DNA of 64,000 nt from an uncultured bacterium (GTDB lineage: Bacteria; Chloroflexota; UBA5177; JANWHV01), in NCBI GenBank assembly GCA_963729625.1, contig CAVSOU010000009.1, forward strand, positions 32,001-96,000, read 5' to 3'. The stretch's first letter is position 1; each line of letters opens with the position of its first letter. The notes beneath the pieces were generated by a model. That model had not been told where the DNA came from. It saw only the letters and a list, made by a program, of their open reading frames with translations, and did no database searches. The position numbers were made by a program, and so were the translations under genes. Of this stretch, positions 38,753 to 49,349 are shown piece by piece.

Positions 38753-40249
38753 ATGGCGGCCCGAGGGCAACATTTGCGCATGATCGGGGCAACCGCGCTG
38801 AACCCGATCGCGGTGTGGCACGTGCTGCGCTCAATGACTTTTGCCATCGTGATGCTGCTGACTATTCTGTGCATCGTCATGGCCGGCAGCTTCATGCCGC
38901 AGGATAGCGGCATCCGCCTGGTGTACCAGTCCTGGTGGTTCTACGGGCTCAATTTCGTGCTGATGCTCAGCGTGATCAGCTGCGTGGTCCGGCGGGCGAA
39001 AGGCGTGTATCGTTTCTCCTTTCGTGTCCCGGTCATGCACCGCCCGGACTTCTATCGTGCAGGAGACACTGCGCGAGAGTTGCAGACGCCGGTCGATGTC
39101 GACACGGCCGCCGAGGCAGTACTGCGCGCAATTCGTGCAAACCACTACCGTGTAGAAGTCAAGAAGGCCGGACGTGACGTATACGTGTTATCCGATCGGT
39201 TTCGCGTCATGCGGCTTGGCACGCTGGTCTCTCACTGCAGCATCGTGCTCATGGTCGCGGCAATCGCTTGGGGAGCCTTAGCTGGCTGGCTTGATCGGTC
39301 AATACAGCTGGAAGCGGGTGGCGCGGCCGTGCCCATAGGTCACGGAACCGGCCTGTTGCTCCGCTCAGACTCATTCAATTTCGGTCTATATCCGGATGGA
39401 ACGCCAAGGAACTTCGACGATCATTTGACAATTGTCGAGAACAACGGCGCGGGACCCATGCACCATCAGCTGATCGACGTCAACTCTCCCTGGTACTACG
39501 GCGGGATGTTCGGCTTCGACATTCATCAGGCAGACTACGGAATCGGCGCGCGCCTGCTTGCTATCGATACGTCGCATGGTCAGCCGGCATTGCTTCCCTA
39601 TTGCCTGCTCCAGTTCTCGGCGGCGCCGGACTGTTCGCAACCCTCGCAGGCCATGTTGCTGCAGCCTGTAGGCGATGGGAGCTACCGGCCGGCTGGGGCT
39701 ACACTTGCGGCGTTCTATCTTCCCGACCAAGATCTTGCCGTGACACTGTCGTATCATGACGCCGTGCCCAAGCAGCATCTCACAGACACCGCGGTGGTCA
39801 CCGTGGTCAGGCCGCCGCAACGAGCGGGCCAGGGCATGAGCATCGTCAAAGAGGCCCTGGACATTCCAGTTACGAAGCACAGCTTCAATGGCAAAGAAGA
39901 AATGGTCACCGCTTCGCCGATCGACGTGGGCAAGCTGCGCATCGCGCTGCTCATTCGACGCGAGGCATTTGTCAACATCGGGCACAACCCTGCGGTACCG
40001 TTCATTTTCGCCTCTTTCGCGCTCATTCTGCTCGGGTTGGTCAGCGTGCTCTATTTTCCCTTTAGCAGGCTATGGCTCTATGTCGCACCGGAGAACGGCG
40101 GGCTGGGCGGCACACGCATACTGGTGCGAGGTGCGGCTGAAAAGACGAAACAGGGCTTCAAGCGACGGTTGGCATATCTACTCCGACGGATCCAGCGAGA
40201 ACTGGATACGGTCTCGAGTGGAAAGGAATCAGGGGGCGGAGAGGAATGA
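38753..40249 (+). CDS. resB: Cytochrome c biogenesis protein ResB/Ccs1
   Basis: LRSM.FAI..L, G...PQ, VYQSWWF, G..VSH, VNSP.Y, C-terminal TM helix. Confidence 0.85.
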   Translation: MAARGQHLRMIGATALNPIAVWHVLRSMTFAIVMLLTILCIVMAGSFMPQDSGIRLVYQSWWFYGLNFVLMLSVISCVVRRAKGVYRFSFRVPVMHRPDFYRAGDTARELQTPVDVDTAAEAVLRAIRANHYRVEVKKAGRDVYVLSDRFRVMRLGTLVSHCSIVLMVAAIAWGALAGWLDRSIQLEAGGAAVPIGHGTGLLLRSDSFNFGLYPDGTPRNFDDHLTIVENNGAGPMHHQLIDVNSPWYYGGMFGFDIHQADYGIGARLLAIDTSHGQPALLPYCLLQFSAAPDCSQPSQAMLLQPVGDGSYRPAGATLAAFYLPDQDLAVTLSYHDAVPKQHLTDTAVVTVVRPPQRAGQGMSIVKEALDIPVTKHSFNGKEEMVTASPIDVGKLRIALLIRREAFVNIGHNPAVPFIFASFALILLGLVSVLYFPFSRLWLYVAPENGGLGGTRILVRGAAEKTKQGFKRRLAYLLRRIQRELDTVSSGKESGGGEE

Positions 40250-41406
40250 GCCAGGACCAGTTGCTCAACATATCATCTACTAGCCTATTCCTAGGCTTTT
40301 GGCTGTATGCAATCAGCCTCTTATTCTACGTGGCACACGTTATTTCGCCAGAGGTTGAGGCGGCTACCGCCAGAATAGCGCAAACCAGCGGGTCCATAGC
40401 GATCGGTAGTGGAGGCGAACAACTCTTCGGCCGTGCTCGCCTCGGAGTCACAGCTACCGGGGTGGCCTATCTCGGCTATCTTCTCATGACTCTTGGCCTG
40501 GGAACTCGGTGGGCGGCACAGGGATACTGGCCGGTGTCCAACGCGTTTGAAGCACCGCTCGCGTTTTCCTGGATGATCGTGAGCGTGTATCTCGTCGCCG
40601 AAGTGCGGATGCGCACGCGCATCGTGGGCTGGGCCATCTTCTTGATCGTAGTTGGCCTATGCGGCTATTCGTTGTTTGCTTTTGGCTCGGGAAGCACGGT
40701 CATCGATCCACTCAAGCCCGCGCTGCAAAGCTTTTGGCTGACCGTTCACGTTGGAATGGCGATGCTCTCCTATAGTCTTTTCGCGCTCGGCGGCGCCCTC
40801 AGTCTGACCTACCTCGCACGTACGGGTGCGTGGCGCCAATCCCAGACATTCTATCTCGCAGTTTGGCCGACGGCTATCGTGCTGGCGATCCTGGCCGGCA
40901 TCTACGTCGGAAGGTGGCCCGGTAGCGGTGATGCGATCAGCCTAGGCAAGCTGGCCGGCGTCGGCGCCGAGTGTGTCCTGTTCCTGCTGCTCGCCTTGGG
41001 GGCCCGTGCAACCCTCGCGCGACGCGTCGCCGCGGCAGGGCCGATTGTGCTCAAAGCGCATGGTCCGGAGGCGGATCTGCTGGACCAACTGGACGAATGG
41101 GCGTACCGGTCCATAGCGTTCGGTGTTCCGATGATCGCCTTTGTGCTCATGTCAGGCGCGATCTGGGCGCAAATGGCATGGAGCACGTTCTGGAGCTGGG
41201 ATCCCAAAGAGGTTTGGGCACTGATCACGTTCATCTACTACGTGCTGTACGTACACGTGCGCGTGCAACGGGGCTGGCGCGGGGCGCCAATGGCTGCCCT
41301 GGGAGTGATCGGCTTCAGCATTGTTCTGGTCAGTTTCCTTGGCCTCGCCTACATCGTCGGGACGTTCCAGATCTTCAGCCTCCACACGTTCGGCAACGTG
41401 CAATGA
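40246..41406 (+). CDS. ccsA: Cytochrome c biogenesis protein CcsA/ResC
   Basis: PALQSFWLTVHV, tryptophan-rich WAQMAWSTFWSWDPKE domain, C-terminal LH. Confidence 0.95.
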   Translation: MSQDQLLNISSTSLFLGFWLYAISLLFYVAHVISPEVEAATARIAQTSGSIAIGSGGEQLFGRARLGVTATGVAYLGYLLMTLGLGTRWAAQGYWPVSNAFEAPLAFSWMIVSVYLVAEVRMRTRIVGWAIFLIVVGLCGYSLFAFGSGSTVIDPLKPALQSFWLTVHVGMAMLSYSLFALGGALSLTYLARTGAWRQSQTFYLAVWPTAIVLAILAGIYVGRWPGSGDAISLGKLAGVGAECVLFLLLALGARATLARRVAAAGPIVLKAHGPEADLLDQLDEWAYRSIAFGVPMIAFVLMSGAIWAQMAWSTFWSWDPKEVWALITFIYYVLYVHVRVQRGWRGAPMAALGVIGFSIVLVSFLGLAYIVGTFQIFSLHTFGNVQ

Positions 41407-41522
41407 GCCGGGTGCTTGACCGCCAGCCCTGTCATCGGACACGCTAGAGCGCGGGAGGATTTGATGAGCGCCAATTGTGTTACGCGGTATTGTCACGTCT
41501 CCGCTCAGGGACGGGCACGCTG

Positions 41523-42617
41523 ATGGGGAGCCAGCAGTTCAGGGCGATTCTGTTTAGCGGAGGCGCGGGATCTCGACTTTGGCCGTTGAGCCGCAGGGCG
41601 CGACCAAAGCAGTTTCAGCCGCTGGTAGGGAGCGATTCCCTGTTTCAGCTCATGGTCCGCCGGCTCGAGGCATTAATCGGTATCGAGAACGTCTTCGTCT
41701 CCACCGGCGAAGTCTATCGCGGCATCGTCCTCGAACAGATCCCGAACTTGCCGGAGGACAACGTTCTTGCCGAGCCTGAGATGCGTGACACGCTGGCCGC
41801 GGTCGGCTACGCGGTGACCGTGCTGAACGATCGCTTTCCGGATTCGACCATTGCTACACTCTGGGGCGCCGATCATATCGTCCGACGCAATGAAGAGTTC
41901 ATGGCCTGCCTTGGCGCCGCGCACGAGCTGGCGAGCGAGCATAACTGGGTCGTGAAGGTCGACGTTCGTCCGACATGGCCCAGCAGTGCTCTGGGCTATA
42001 TCGAATACGGCGAATGGCGTGGCGATGCTCGAGGCCGACCGGTATTCGCCTTTCGACGGCAGGTAGAAAAGCCTCCCGTTGAAGTGGCGCTCGATCTTGT
42101 AGCCTCGGGAAACCACCTGTGGAACACCGGCTACATTATCTGGACGGCCGCCAAGATTCTCAGCCTCTATGAGCAACATGCGCCGGAAACCTACACCGTG
42201 CTGCAGGAGATAGTGCATGCACTTCACGGTCCGACACCCGACGCAGCCGTGGCGGAGCTCTACAGCCGCTTGCCCAGGATGTCCATCGACAAAGGCATCT
42301 TTGAGAAGATGGGTGACCAGGACATGGTGGTCATGCCCGCGGACCTCGGTTGGGGAGATATCGGCGCCTGGGACGTGCTGCGAGACGAGTTGGTCGATGG
42401 CTCTTCGGGAAACGCGGTGCACGCACGGCATATATCGCTCGATACGAGCAATTGCTTGATCTACGGACCGGAAGGCAAACTGGTGGTCACTATCGGCCTT
42501 GACAATCTCATCGTTGTCGACACGGGCGATACGCTGCTCGTGTGTTCCGCGGATCGTGCACAGGACGTGAAGACAGTGGTGCAGGTGCTCGAAGCCGAGC
42601 ATCCGGAACTTCTTTAG
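41523..42617 (+). CDS. manC: Mannose-1-phosphate guanylyltransferase (no isomerase domain)
   Basis: GGAGSRLWPLSR...PKQF, EP..RDT, ADH, GYIE, EKP, WNTG, SID, W.DIGAW motifs. Confidence 0.9.
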   Translation: MGSQQFRAILFSGGAGSRLWPLSRRARPKQFQPLVGSDSLFQLMVRRLEALIGIENVFVSTGEVYRGIVLEQIPNLPEDNVLAEPEMRDTLAAVGYAVTVLNDRFPDSTIATLWGADHIVRRNEEFMACLGAAHELASEHNWVVKVDVRPTWPSSALGYIEYGEWRGDARGRPVFAFRRQVEKPPVEVALDLVASGNHLWNTGYIIWTAAKILSLYEQHAPETYTVLQEIVHALHGPTPDAAVAELYSRLPRMSIDKGIFEKMGDQDMVVMPADLGWGDIGAWDVLRDELVDGSSGNAVHARHISLDTSNCLIYGPEGKLVVTIGLDNLIVVDTGDTLLVCSADRAQDVKTVVQVLEAEHPELL

Positions 42618-42864
42618 CGCACCGATGCCTGCCCGGTCGCGTGGGTGAAGCGCTGCCAACATCGACTTCATGCCGGTCCGATAGCCGGCAGGGCTGTTGA
42701 ATTGTCGCTGCCCGAGCCGCAAGACAAGGCCCGACGAGGCGGTGGGCACGTGGCTTCCAGGCTGGGCGGGCAGCGCACCCACTCGCGGGTCCCCGGCCGC
42801 CCCATGGCCGTGAAGACGCGCTTGTTACAGGAGCTAGATCCGCCCGGTTAGCCCTTCCTTGCGC

Positions 42865-42893
42865 TTGACGATCCTTCAGGCACCGGCTATATT
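42865..42893 (+). promoter_or_regulatory. Sigma70-type promoter of tRNA-Asn
   Basis: TTGACG-N17-TATATT. Confidence 0.7.
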
Positions 42894-42925
42894 ACCTCTC
42901 GCGACGGAGAAACGTTGCAGCGCGA

Positions 42926-42997
42926 TCCCCGCTAGCTCAACGGTAGAGCGGCCGGCTGTTAACCGGTAGGTTGTTGGTTCGAATCCAGCGCGGGGAG
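42926..42997 (+). tRNA. tRNA-Asn (GTT), CCA not encoded
   Basis: Acceptor TCCCCGC/GCGGGGA, D arm, anticodon arm CCGG-CTGTTAA-CCGG, T loop TTCGAAT. Confidence 0.97.
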
Positions 42998-43117
42998 CTT
43001 ATAGGCAGGTGCCGCCGGGATTCACTCGGCGGCACGCCTGTTTGCACTCCGGCGCCGCCCGGGCGCCGCGGTACAGTGTGTGGCCTGGTGCGCCAGACTG
43101 GGGGTTGAACGACGATC

Positions 43118-44155
43118 ATGTCGCGTTTTTTGATCACCGGCGGCGCCGGCTTCCTCGGCATCAATCTTGCCCGATACTTGCTGGCTCGCGGACACGAGGT
43201 TGTCTCGCAGGACATCGCCGAATTTGACTACCCGGAGCGCGAGCGCATCGTCGTTCACACCAGCGATATTCGCGATCGAGCGGCCGTGGATCGCGCGATG
43301 GAGGGGGTAAGCGTGGTCGTGCACTGCGCGGCGGCCCTGCCTCTGTACAAGAAAGCGGATATCTACACGACGGATGTCCTCGGTACGCGAAACGTCGTGC
43401 AGTCCGCCCTGGAGCACGGCGTCGACCGTTTCATCCAGATCTCCACGACGGCCGTTTATGGTATTCCCGATCACCATCCCCTACTGGAGGACGATCGTCT
43501 CGAGGGAGTTGGCCACTACGGGCGAGCCAAGATCAAAGCCGAGCGGGTGTGTCTGGCATATCGTCGGATGGGCATGTGCGTGCCCATCATACGTCCCAAG
43601 TCCTTTATCGGCCCGGAGCGGCTTGGCGTGTTTGCCCTCTTCTACGACTGGGCAAAAGACGGTAAGGGATTCCCGATGATCGGCAACGGCGAGAATCGCT
43701 ACCAGCTGCTCGATGTCGAGGATCTTTGCGATGCAATCTATCTGTGCGCGACGGCGGATAGAGATCGGGTCAACAACACATTCAATATCGGCGCCGCGGA
43801 GTTCACGACCATGCGCGAAGATTACCAGGCGGTTCTCGATCATGCAGGCTTCGGCAAGAAGATTCGCGGCTTCCCGGCCGAGCCGATGATCTGGACATTG
43901 CGGCTGCTATCGCTGGTTCACATGTCGCCGCTCTACCGGTGGGTCTATGAAACGGCATCCAGGGATTCGTTCGTGTCGATTGATCGCGCGACGTCAGTGC
44001 TTGAGTGGAAGCCGAAGTACTCGAACAAGGACGCGCTCGTGAGGAACTTCGTCTGGTATCTGGCCAACGTCGATCAATTCGAAAAGACATCCGGAGTCTC
44101 ACACCGTGTGCCCTGGAAACAGGGCGTTTTGCGCTTCGCAAAAGTGCTGTTCTAG
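43118..44155 (+). CDS. NAD-dependent epimerase/dehydratase (extended SDR)
   Basis: TGGAGFLG, YGRAK motifs. Confidence 0.9.
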   Translation: MSRFLITGGAGFLGINLARYLLARGHEVVSQDIAEFDYPERERIVVHTSDIRDRAAVDRAMEGVSVVVHCAAALPLYKKADIYTTDVLGTRNVVQSALEHGVDRFIQISTTAVYGIPDHHPLLEDDRLEGVGHYGRAKIKAERVCLAYRRMGMCVPIIRPKSFIGPERLGVFALFYDWAKDGKGFPMIGNGENRYQLLDVEDLCDAIYLCATADRDRVNNTFNIGAAEFTTMREDYQAVLDHAGFGKKIRGFPAEPMIWTLRLLSLVHMSPLYRWVYETASRDSFVSIDRATSVLEWKPKYSNKDALVRNFVWYLANVDQFEKTSGVSHRVPWKQGVLRFAKVLF

Positions 44156-44360
44156 TGCATTCCCCTTCTTTCACGTATGATCGAGGTGGTGTCGGTGGAT
44201 TCGGCCGAATACGCCTGTTCAATCCCGGCCGGTCGGACGCGTGACGCTGCACGTGTCGCCGTGAAAACGCAGCAACCTACATGACCTAAATCGCGGGAGC
44301 CCGCGAAGACGCGGCAGCGCGCGTCGGGCGGTGCCATAAAGCAGAGAGAGTCTTAGCCGC

Positions 44361-44546
44361 ATGGGGAAAAGCGTCGTCACGCCATTTAACGTATTCTCGC
44401 TGTTCTCGTTCGTTCTGCTGGTGACCATCGCGCTGCTTGTACACAACAGCCAACTGCCCAAGTTTGGTCTGGCCGCGGTGAGTGCGGTGTGTGGATTCCT
44501 GTTTATCGGCACGTTCCTGGTGTGGACGATGCTGCAGGGAGATTGA
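44361..44546 (+). CDS. Small hypothetical membrane protein (2 TM)
   Basis: Two hydrophobic helices in 61 aa, in an otherwise empty interval. Confidence 0.55.
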   Translation: MGKSVVTPFNVFSLFSFVLLVTIALLVHNSQLPKFGLAAVSAVCGFLFIGTFLVWTMLQGD

Positions 44547-44640
44547 GGGGACCAATCCTGCGAAGGCCTGGACCCGGCGGCGACAGGTGACCCGTGCGCC
44601 CGCGGCGTCGAAGCGAAAATGATGGCCCTGTTTTGGCGCG

Positions 44641-45078
44641 CTATGCGCGAGGCAGCTCGTGCTGAGCGGGTGCCGCCTGATCGCTCACCAGACTCACGGT
44701 GAGCGCGATCCTGCCGAGTTCCCGCCCCTCGGAGAGCATGCGGAATTCATATCTTCCCACCTGCTCGAGTGGCAGCATGGTGATTTCCGCCATCAGGTTG
44801 CCGGTTCCCTGCGAGATCGATTCCGGGTCCACGGGGATGCTCTCGTGCATCAGCACGCGGCCGTCCGGAGCAATCAGCTCCATTTCCACCGAGCTGGCGG
44901 TAGTCGCGCCCTGAAGCACGCACACCACAAAGAATTTTGGGTGCTGCGCGGGCAGCCTCACGACCGCAATATGGTCGAAGATTCCGATCACGCTGAGCTT
45001 GCCATCCTGGCCGATGAGCGCGTGGTCGCAGAGGACGCCGAGTCGGCTACTCAGACTGCTGTATGAGCGATCAAGCAA
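44641..45078 (-). CDS. DUF6941-like hypothetical protein
   Basis: LCDHA....GKLSVIGIFD......P..H and G.YEF pattern. Confidence 0.7.
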   Translation of the reverse strand: MLDRSYSSLSSRLGVLCDHALIGQDGKLSVIGIFDHIAVVRLPAQHPKFFVVCVLQGATTASSVEMELIAPDGRVLMHESIPVDPESISQGTGNLMAEITMLPLEQVGRYEFRMLSEGRELGRIALTVSLVSDQAAPAQHELPRA

Positions 45079-45120
45079 TTGCGGATACCTTCCTGACCGG
45101 CACGGCCCGAGCCCAGCGCC

Positions 45121-45549
45121 TCAGTGGCCCGATGACACTTCGCCCAGCGGGGCAGCTACTATCGACCGGCTCCCGTAGTAAATGTCATTCGCCATGACCT
45201 GGTTGGCGCGGTCGGGCACGCGTACCAGGAGTTCCCCATTGGTATGCACTCTGAGCGTGGTCTTCATCGTCGCCAGGTCGTCGCGATTCTCGATGATGTA
45301 GCGAAAGCGCCGTGCCTGGCCCCGGAACACGAACCTGATCTCGAACGCGGGTGCGGCTGGGGCGGATCGGCGAAACGGGAAACGCGATCGCGGCGATGGC
45401 TTCCCTGGGAGGACTGGGGGTTGCACGGAACTCACCCCATCCTTTCGGCTGAGCCAAGCCGCCAGATCATCGGCCAGATCTTTGATCTCGTCCAATGCTA
45501 CCTCCTGGTGCGTGCCGGCTGTCACAAGGCCGCGCCTCGCGGGCACCAC
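45121..45549 (-). CDS. Hypothetical protein
   Basis: Co-oriented upstream of the DUF6941-like gene; protein-like composition. Confidence 0.55.
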   Translation of the reverse strand: MVPARRGLVTAGTHQEVALDEIKDLADDLAAWLSRKDGVSSVQPPVLPGKPSPRSRFPFRRSAPAAPAFEIRFVFRGQARRFRYIIENRDDLATMKTTLRVHTNGELLVRVPDRANQVMANDIYYGSRSIVAAPLGEVSSGH

Positions 45550-45821
45550 CCGCTCGAGGTGCAGCGCACGGCGGCCGTGTCTTTAGCGCGCGCACTCCTC
45601 GCATGGCCCGCTATGCCGGCCTTTGGAAGAATACACGCCCCGGGCTCGCGCGGCAACCGGCACTACGCTGAAGTGCGCAGGTGGTGATTCACCCTACTGC
45701 GACCGCCGAAGGCTACCAGTAGACAAGGGAGCTGCCGTGTGCTGTTCATCTGGATCCTTGCCTGCCCGGTTCTTACCTGATACACCCAACATGTGGCCGA
45801 AGTCGCAGTGCGGGGAAAACC

Positions 45822-46550
45822 ATGGCTTCTCGGACGAGATTTGGCCCTCAATCGTGTCTGGCCTCTGAAGGCCGAGGGAAAGTCTTGGCACGCCCCATGC
45901 CCCGCGCCTACGGAGTGCTCAAGCGCTTCATCGACATGTCCGCGTCTGTCGGTCTGCTCGTGCTCTGCAGCCCGGTACTAGGCGTCGCGGCGATCGCGAT
46001 CCACCTCGATTCGAAGGGCCCAGTTCTCTTAAAGCCCATACGAGTGGGCAAGGACGGCCGTGAGTTCGCCATGTTCAAGCTTCGCACAATGGTGGTAGAC
46101 GCCGAAGATCGCCTCAGCGAGCTCCAGCACTTGAACGCCGGTGGGCTGCACATGATTAAAATCCAGAATGATCCGCGCGTGACAAAGGTAGGCCGGGTGC
46201 TACGCGTGACGAGCGTTGACGAACTGCCACAGCTTGTCAACGTGTTGCTCGGCGACATGAGCCTGATTGGCCCAAGGCCGCAGTCTCCGCAGGAGGTGGC
46301 GTTGTACACGCCCGTACAGCGCAGACGTCTCACAGTACGGCCCGGCATCACAGGACTATGGCAGGTTCGTTCTCGACACAGTCCTTCGCTTGAGCTGCTC
46401 ATGGCGAATGACCTCGAGTACATCGACGGCTGGAGCCCGATTCTTGAAGTGATTATCGCTGGCAAGACGATCTCGACCATTGCAACGGACACTTACACCG
46501 CAATCTGGCACCTTCTAGCGAAGCGGTTCAGTCGGCAGACGCGCAAATAG
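45822..46550 (+). CDS. Priming sugar transferase (Bac_transf family); start may be 45897
   Basis: KRFID, FKLRTM, DPRVTKVG..LR..S.DELPQL, GDMSLIGPRP, PGITGLWQV. Confidence 0.95.
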   Translation: MASRTRFGPQSCLASEGRGKVLARPMPRAYGVLKRFIDMSASVGLLVLCSPVLGVAAIAIHLDSKGPVLLKPIRVGKDGREFAMFKLRTMVVDAEDRLSELQHLNAGGLHMIKIQNDPRVTKVGRVLRVTSVDELPQLVNVLLGDMSLIGPRPQSPQEVALYTPVQRRRLTVRPGITGLWQVRSRHSPSLELLMANDLEYIDGWSPILEVIIAGKTISTIATDTYTAIWHLLAKRFSRQTRK

Positions 46551-46600
46551 TTGGGCCAATGCCGGTACAGGCAGCGTTGACGCAACGCACAGGCAAGGAG

Positions 46601-47845
46601 TCAGCGCCCGGTTCCCGAGAACGCGTGCTCGTAAGCCGCGAGAAGGCGTGGCTTGCTGTGATCCCACGCCAGCTCATCCCTCACGCGCTGCAAACCGATC
46701 TGGCCCATGGTGTGTCGGAGCGTGGCATCATCGATCAACCGGAGAATCTTGGCAGCGAACTCCTCGACGTCGTTAGGCCGGGCATACAAGGCAGCGTCAC
46801 CCGCTGAGTAACGTGTCTCCCTAAGGTCAAATGCCACAACCGGTTTGCACATGGCCATGTATTCCATGGTCTTGTTCATTGTGTTGTTCTCATTAAGCCC
46901 GTTCTCCGGATCCGGGCTCACGCACACGTCGCTTGCGCTAAGCAGAGCCACCAGTTCGTCGTCGGATACCCTACCGGTGAACGTGGTGAAAGCGCCGAGG
47001 TCGAGTGAAGACGCCATATTTACGAGATTCTCGAACTGCTCGCCGCCACCGATGAGCAGGAACCCAATATCCTGCCTACCATAACGATGCACGATCAGAT
47101 CGGCCGCTTGGACCACTAGATCGACCCCATCAGTTGCGCCCATCACGCCAAGATAGGCGACGTTGAATCGGTGACCCAACTTTGGGCGATTCTCCAAACT
47201 GACCGGATGAAGGCGATCGGCATCCGGACCGGTCCGCACGACAAACACGCTGCTCTCGGGAACATGGCCCCGAGTCAGGGCGATTGTTCGAAGCGATTCG
47301 TTGGTAGTAATAACCGTATGTGCGGTCAAAAAGGTACATCGCTCAACGATACGTAGCAATTGATAGAGCACCGAGAATCGATTTCCGATGACTACGCGAT
47401 ACGTTTCTGGCGAGAGATCGTGATGATCAAAGACGTACCGCACGCCCAAGGGCTTGAAGACCAAAGCAATCAAAAAGAAGAGATCCGGTGGGCAGCAGCC
47501 ATGTATGACGTCGAAGCCACGGTCTCGATATACTCGCGCGGCCAGGCGCAGCGTCTGGACCATGGCCACGCCGTATTCGCGGAAATACGAGCTCGCAGTT
47601 GTGGATAACGGTGGTAACTGGTACCGGTAGATGGCAATGCCGGCAATCTTCGTGAATGACTCAGTGTCCCTCCCTGAGCCCTTGGGACAGATCACGGAAA
47701 CGGTGTAGCCGGCGTTCCGCAGCGTCGTGGCCTCCAGCCACACCCGCCGATCGAACGGTACCGAGAGGTTCTCTACAAGAATGAGCACTCTCCGGCGCCC
47801 ATTGCCTTCTCGCGTACTTCGCCTGAAAAGCTGTCGCAATCTCAA
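46601..47845 (-). CDS. Glycosyltransferase family 4 (WbuB-like)
   Basis: VENLSVPFDRRV, PPD, DHHDL.PE, NK.MEYMA..KPVV. Confidence 0.9.
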   Translation of the reverse strand: MRLRQLFRRSTREGNGRRRVLILVENLSVPFDRRVWLEATTLRNAGYTVSVICPKGSGRDTESFTKIAGIAIYRYQLPPLSTTASSYFREYGVAMVQTLRLAARVYRDRGFDVIHGCCPPDLFFLIALVFKPLGVRYVFDHHDLSPETYRVVIGNRFSVLYQLLRIVERCTFLTAHTVITTNESLRTIALTRGHVPESSVFVVRTGPDADRLHPVSLENRPKLGHRFNVAYLGVMGATDGVDLVVQAADLIVHRYGRQDIGFLLIGGGEQFENLVNMASSLDLGAFTTFTGRVSDDELVALLSASDVCVSPDPENGLNENNTMNKTMEYMAMCKPVVAFDLRETRYSAGDAALYARPNDVEEFAAKILRLIDDATLRHTMGQIGLQRVRDELAWDHSKPRLLAAYEHAFSGTGR

Positions 47846-47925
47846 ATCTCGTTCTCGCTGCGTTGCACGGCCTTGGGCTCATTGGCCGGGTACTTGGCAT
47901 CATGACAATCGACCCCGGCAGGATA

Positions 47926-49239
47926 CTACCACGAAATGCCCACATATTCCCCGTCGGACACACCTGTGTCAGGCAGCCGGACGAGGTCTATGAGGACCTG
48001 ACCATCGCGGACCTTGTGCTTGACGTTCGCGAACTCGGAATCGCGATTTGCAATGACGATCACTTCACAGGTCGCCAGCACATCATCGAGGCTGCTGCGT
48101 AGCAGCGTCGCCACATGCGGCAGTTCGCGCTCAATATACTGCTTGTTTGCGCCGAATATGGTTGCCAGATAGACTTTCGGGTCGTAGATCGACACCTCAA
48201 AGCCCTTGCCCAGCAAGCCTTCGACCAACTCGACAGCAGGGCTTTCGCGGAGATCGTCGGTTCCGGCCTTGAAGCTCAATCCGAGCACGCCAATGCGACG
48301 CTTCCCGGTGGCACGGACCAACCGCAGTGCCCGCGCCTTTTGCTGATCGTTCGAGACGCCGATGGCTTCCAGAAGTGGAACGGGGACATCGTGCGTACGC
48401 GCTTCGTAAACGAGCGCGCGCAGGTCCTTTGGCAGGCAGGAGCCTCCAAATGCCGCACCGGGCATCAGGTAGGCCGCGGAGATGTTGAGCACCCGATCCT
48501 CAGAGAATATCCGCATAACCTCGTGACTGTCGACGGAGACCGCGCGGCAGATGTTTCCGACCTCATTGGCGAAACTGATCTTGAGCGCGTGAAACACGTT
48601 GTCGACATACTTCACTGTTTCCGCAACGCGGATCGATGTGCGAATGAGCGGAGCGCGGAAGCCGTCGTAGAGCCGAACCAGCCCCTGCGCACTTGAGCCA
48701 TCGCGCTCGCCGACCACGATCTTGGGCGGGTTTTCGAAATCGTGAATGGCCGAACCCTCGCGAAGGAATTCCGGATGATAGGCTACACCGAAGTCTTGAC
48801 CCAGCCTTCGGCCGGATTTGCGCGACAGGATAGGCATGAGGATATCCTCGACGGTGCCCGGGAGCATCGTGGAACGAAAGACGACGAGGTGGAAATCGGT
48901 AGCGTCTGCCAGGGCGGCGCCGATGTCTGCTGCCACGCGCTCGATGAACTCCAGGCGAAGGCTGCCGTTCGCATTGCTTGGCGTGCCCACGCACACAAGC
49001 GAGAGATCGCTCGTGCTGATGGCGTCAGCAGCGCGCGTAGTAGCGCGCAGCGCACCCAATGCCACGCCAGCCGCGACGAGCTCATCCAGACCCTCCTCGA
49101 TGATTGGACTACGCCCCGAGTTGAGCATGTCCACTTTGTGCGCGGCCACGTCAATTGCGATGACAGTGTTACCTCGAGCGGCAAGGCAAGCAGCGGTAAC
49201 ACATCCTACATATCCAAGTCCGAAGACAGCGATTCTCAT
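47926..49239 (-). CDS. UDP-glucose/GDP-mannose dehydrogenase family protein
   Basis: GLGYVG, CVGTP, PEFLREG, FGGSCLPKD, FK..TDDLRESP. Confidence 0.95.
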   Translation of the reverse strand: MRIAVFGLGYVGCVTAACLAARGNTVIAIDVAAHKVDMLNSGRSPIIEEGLDELVAAGVALGALRATTRAADAISTSDLSLVCVGTPSNANGSLRLEFIERVAADIGAALADATDFHLVVFRSTMLPGTVEDILMPILSRKSGRRLGQDFGVAYHPEFLREGSAIHDFENPPKIVVGERDGSSAQGLVRLYDGFRAPLIRTSIRVAETVKYVDNVFHALKISFANEVGNICRAVSVDSHEVMRIFSEDRVLNISAAYLMPGAAFGGSCLPKDLRALVYEARTHDVPVPLLEAIGVSNDQQKARALRLVRATGKRRIGVLGLSFKAGTDDLRESPAVELVEGLLGKGFEVSIYDPKVYLATIFGANKQYIERELPHVATLLRSSLDDVLATCEVIVIANRDSEFANVKHKVRDGQVLIDLVRLPDTGVSDGEYVGISW

Positions 49240-49349
49240 TGATCCTCAAGAAATTCTCGGACGTATCCAGACCTCACCGATCAGAAAACGGCGTCGGTTC
49301 CAGCCTGAAGCAGCCAGGATCGCCCGGCAAGGCACATGCTGTCCGCCAC

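Noticed and set aside
42926-42997. tRNA-Asn as an island attachment site
   Set aside because: No integrase and no duplicated tRNA 3' end found in the window.
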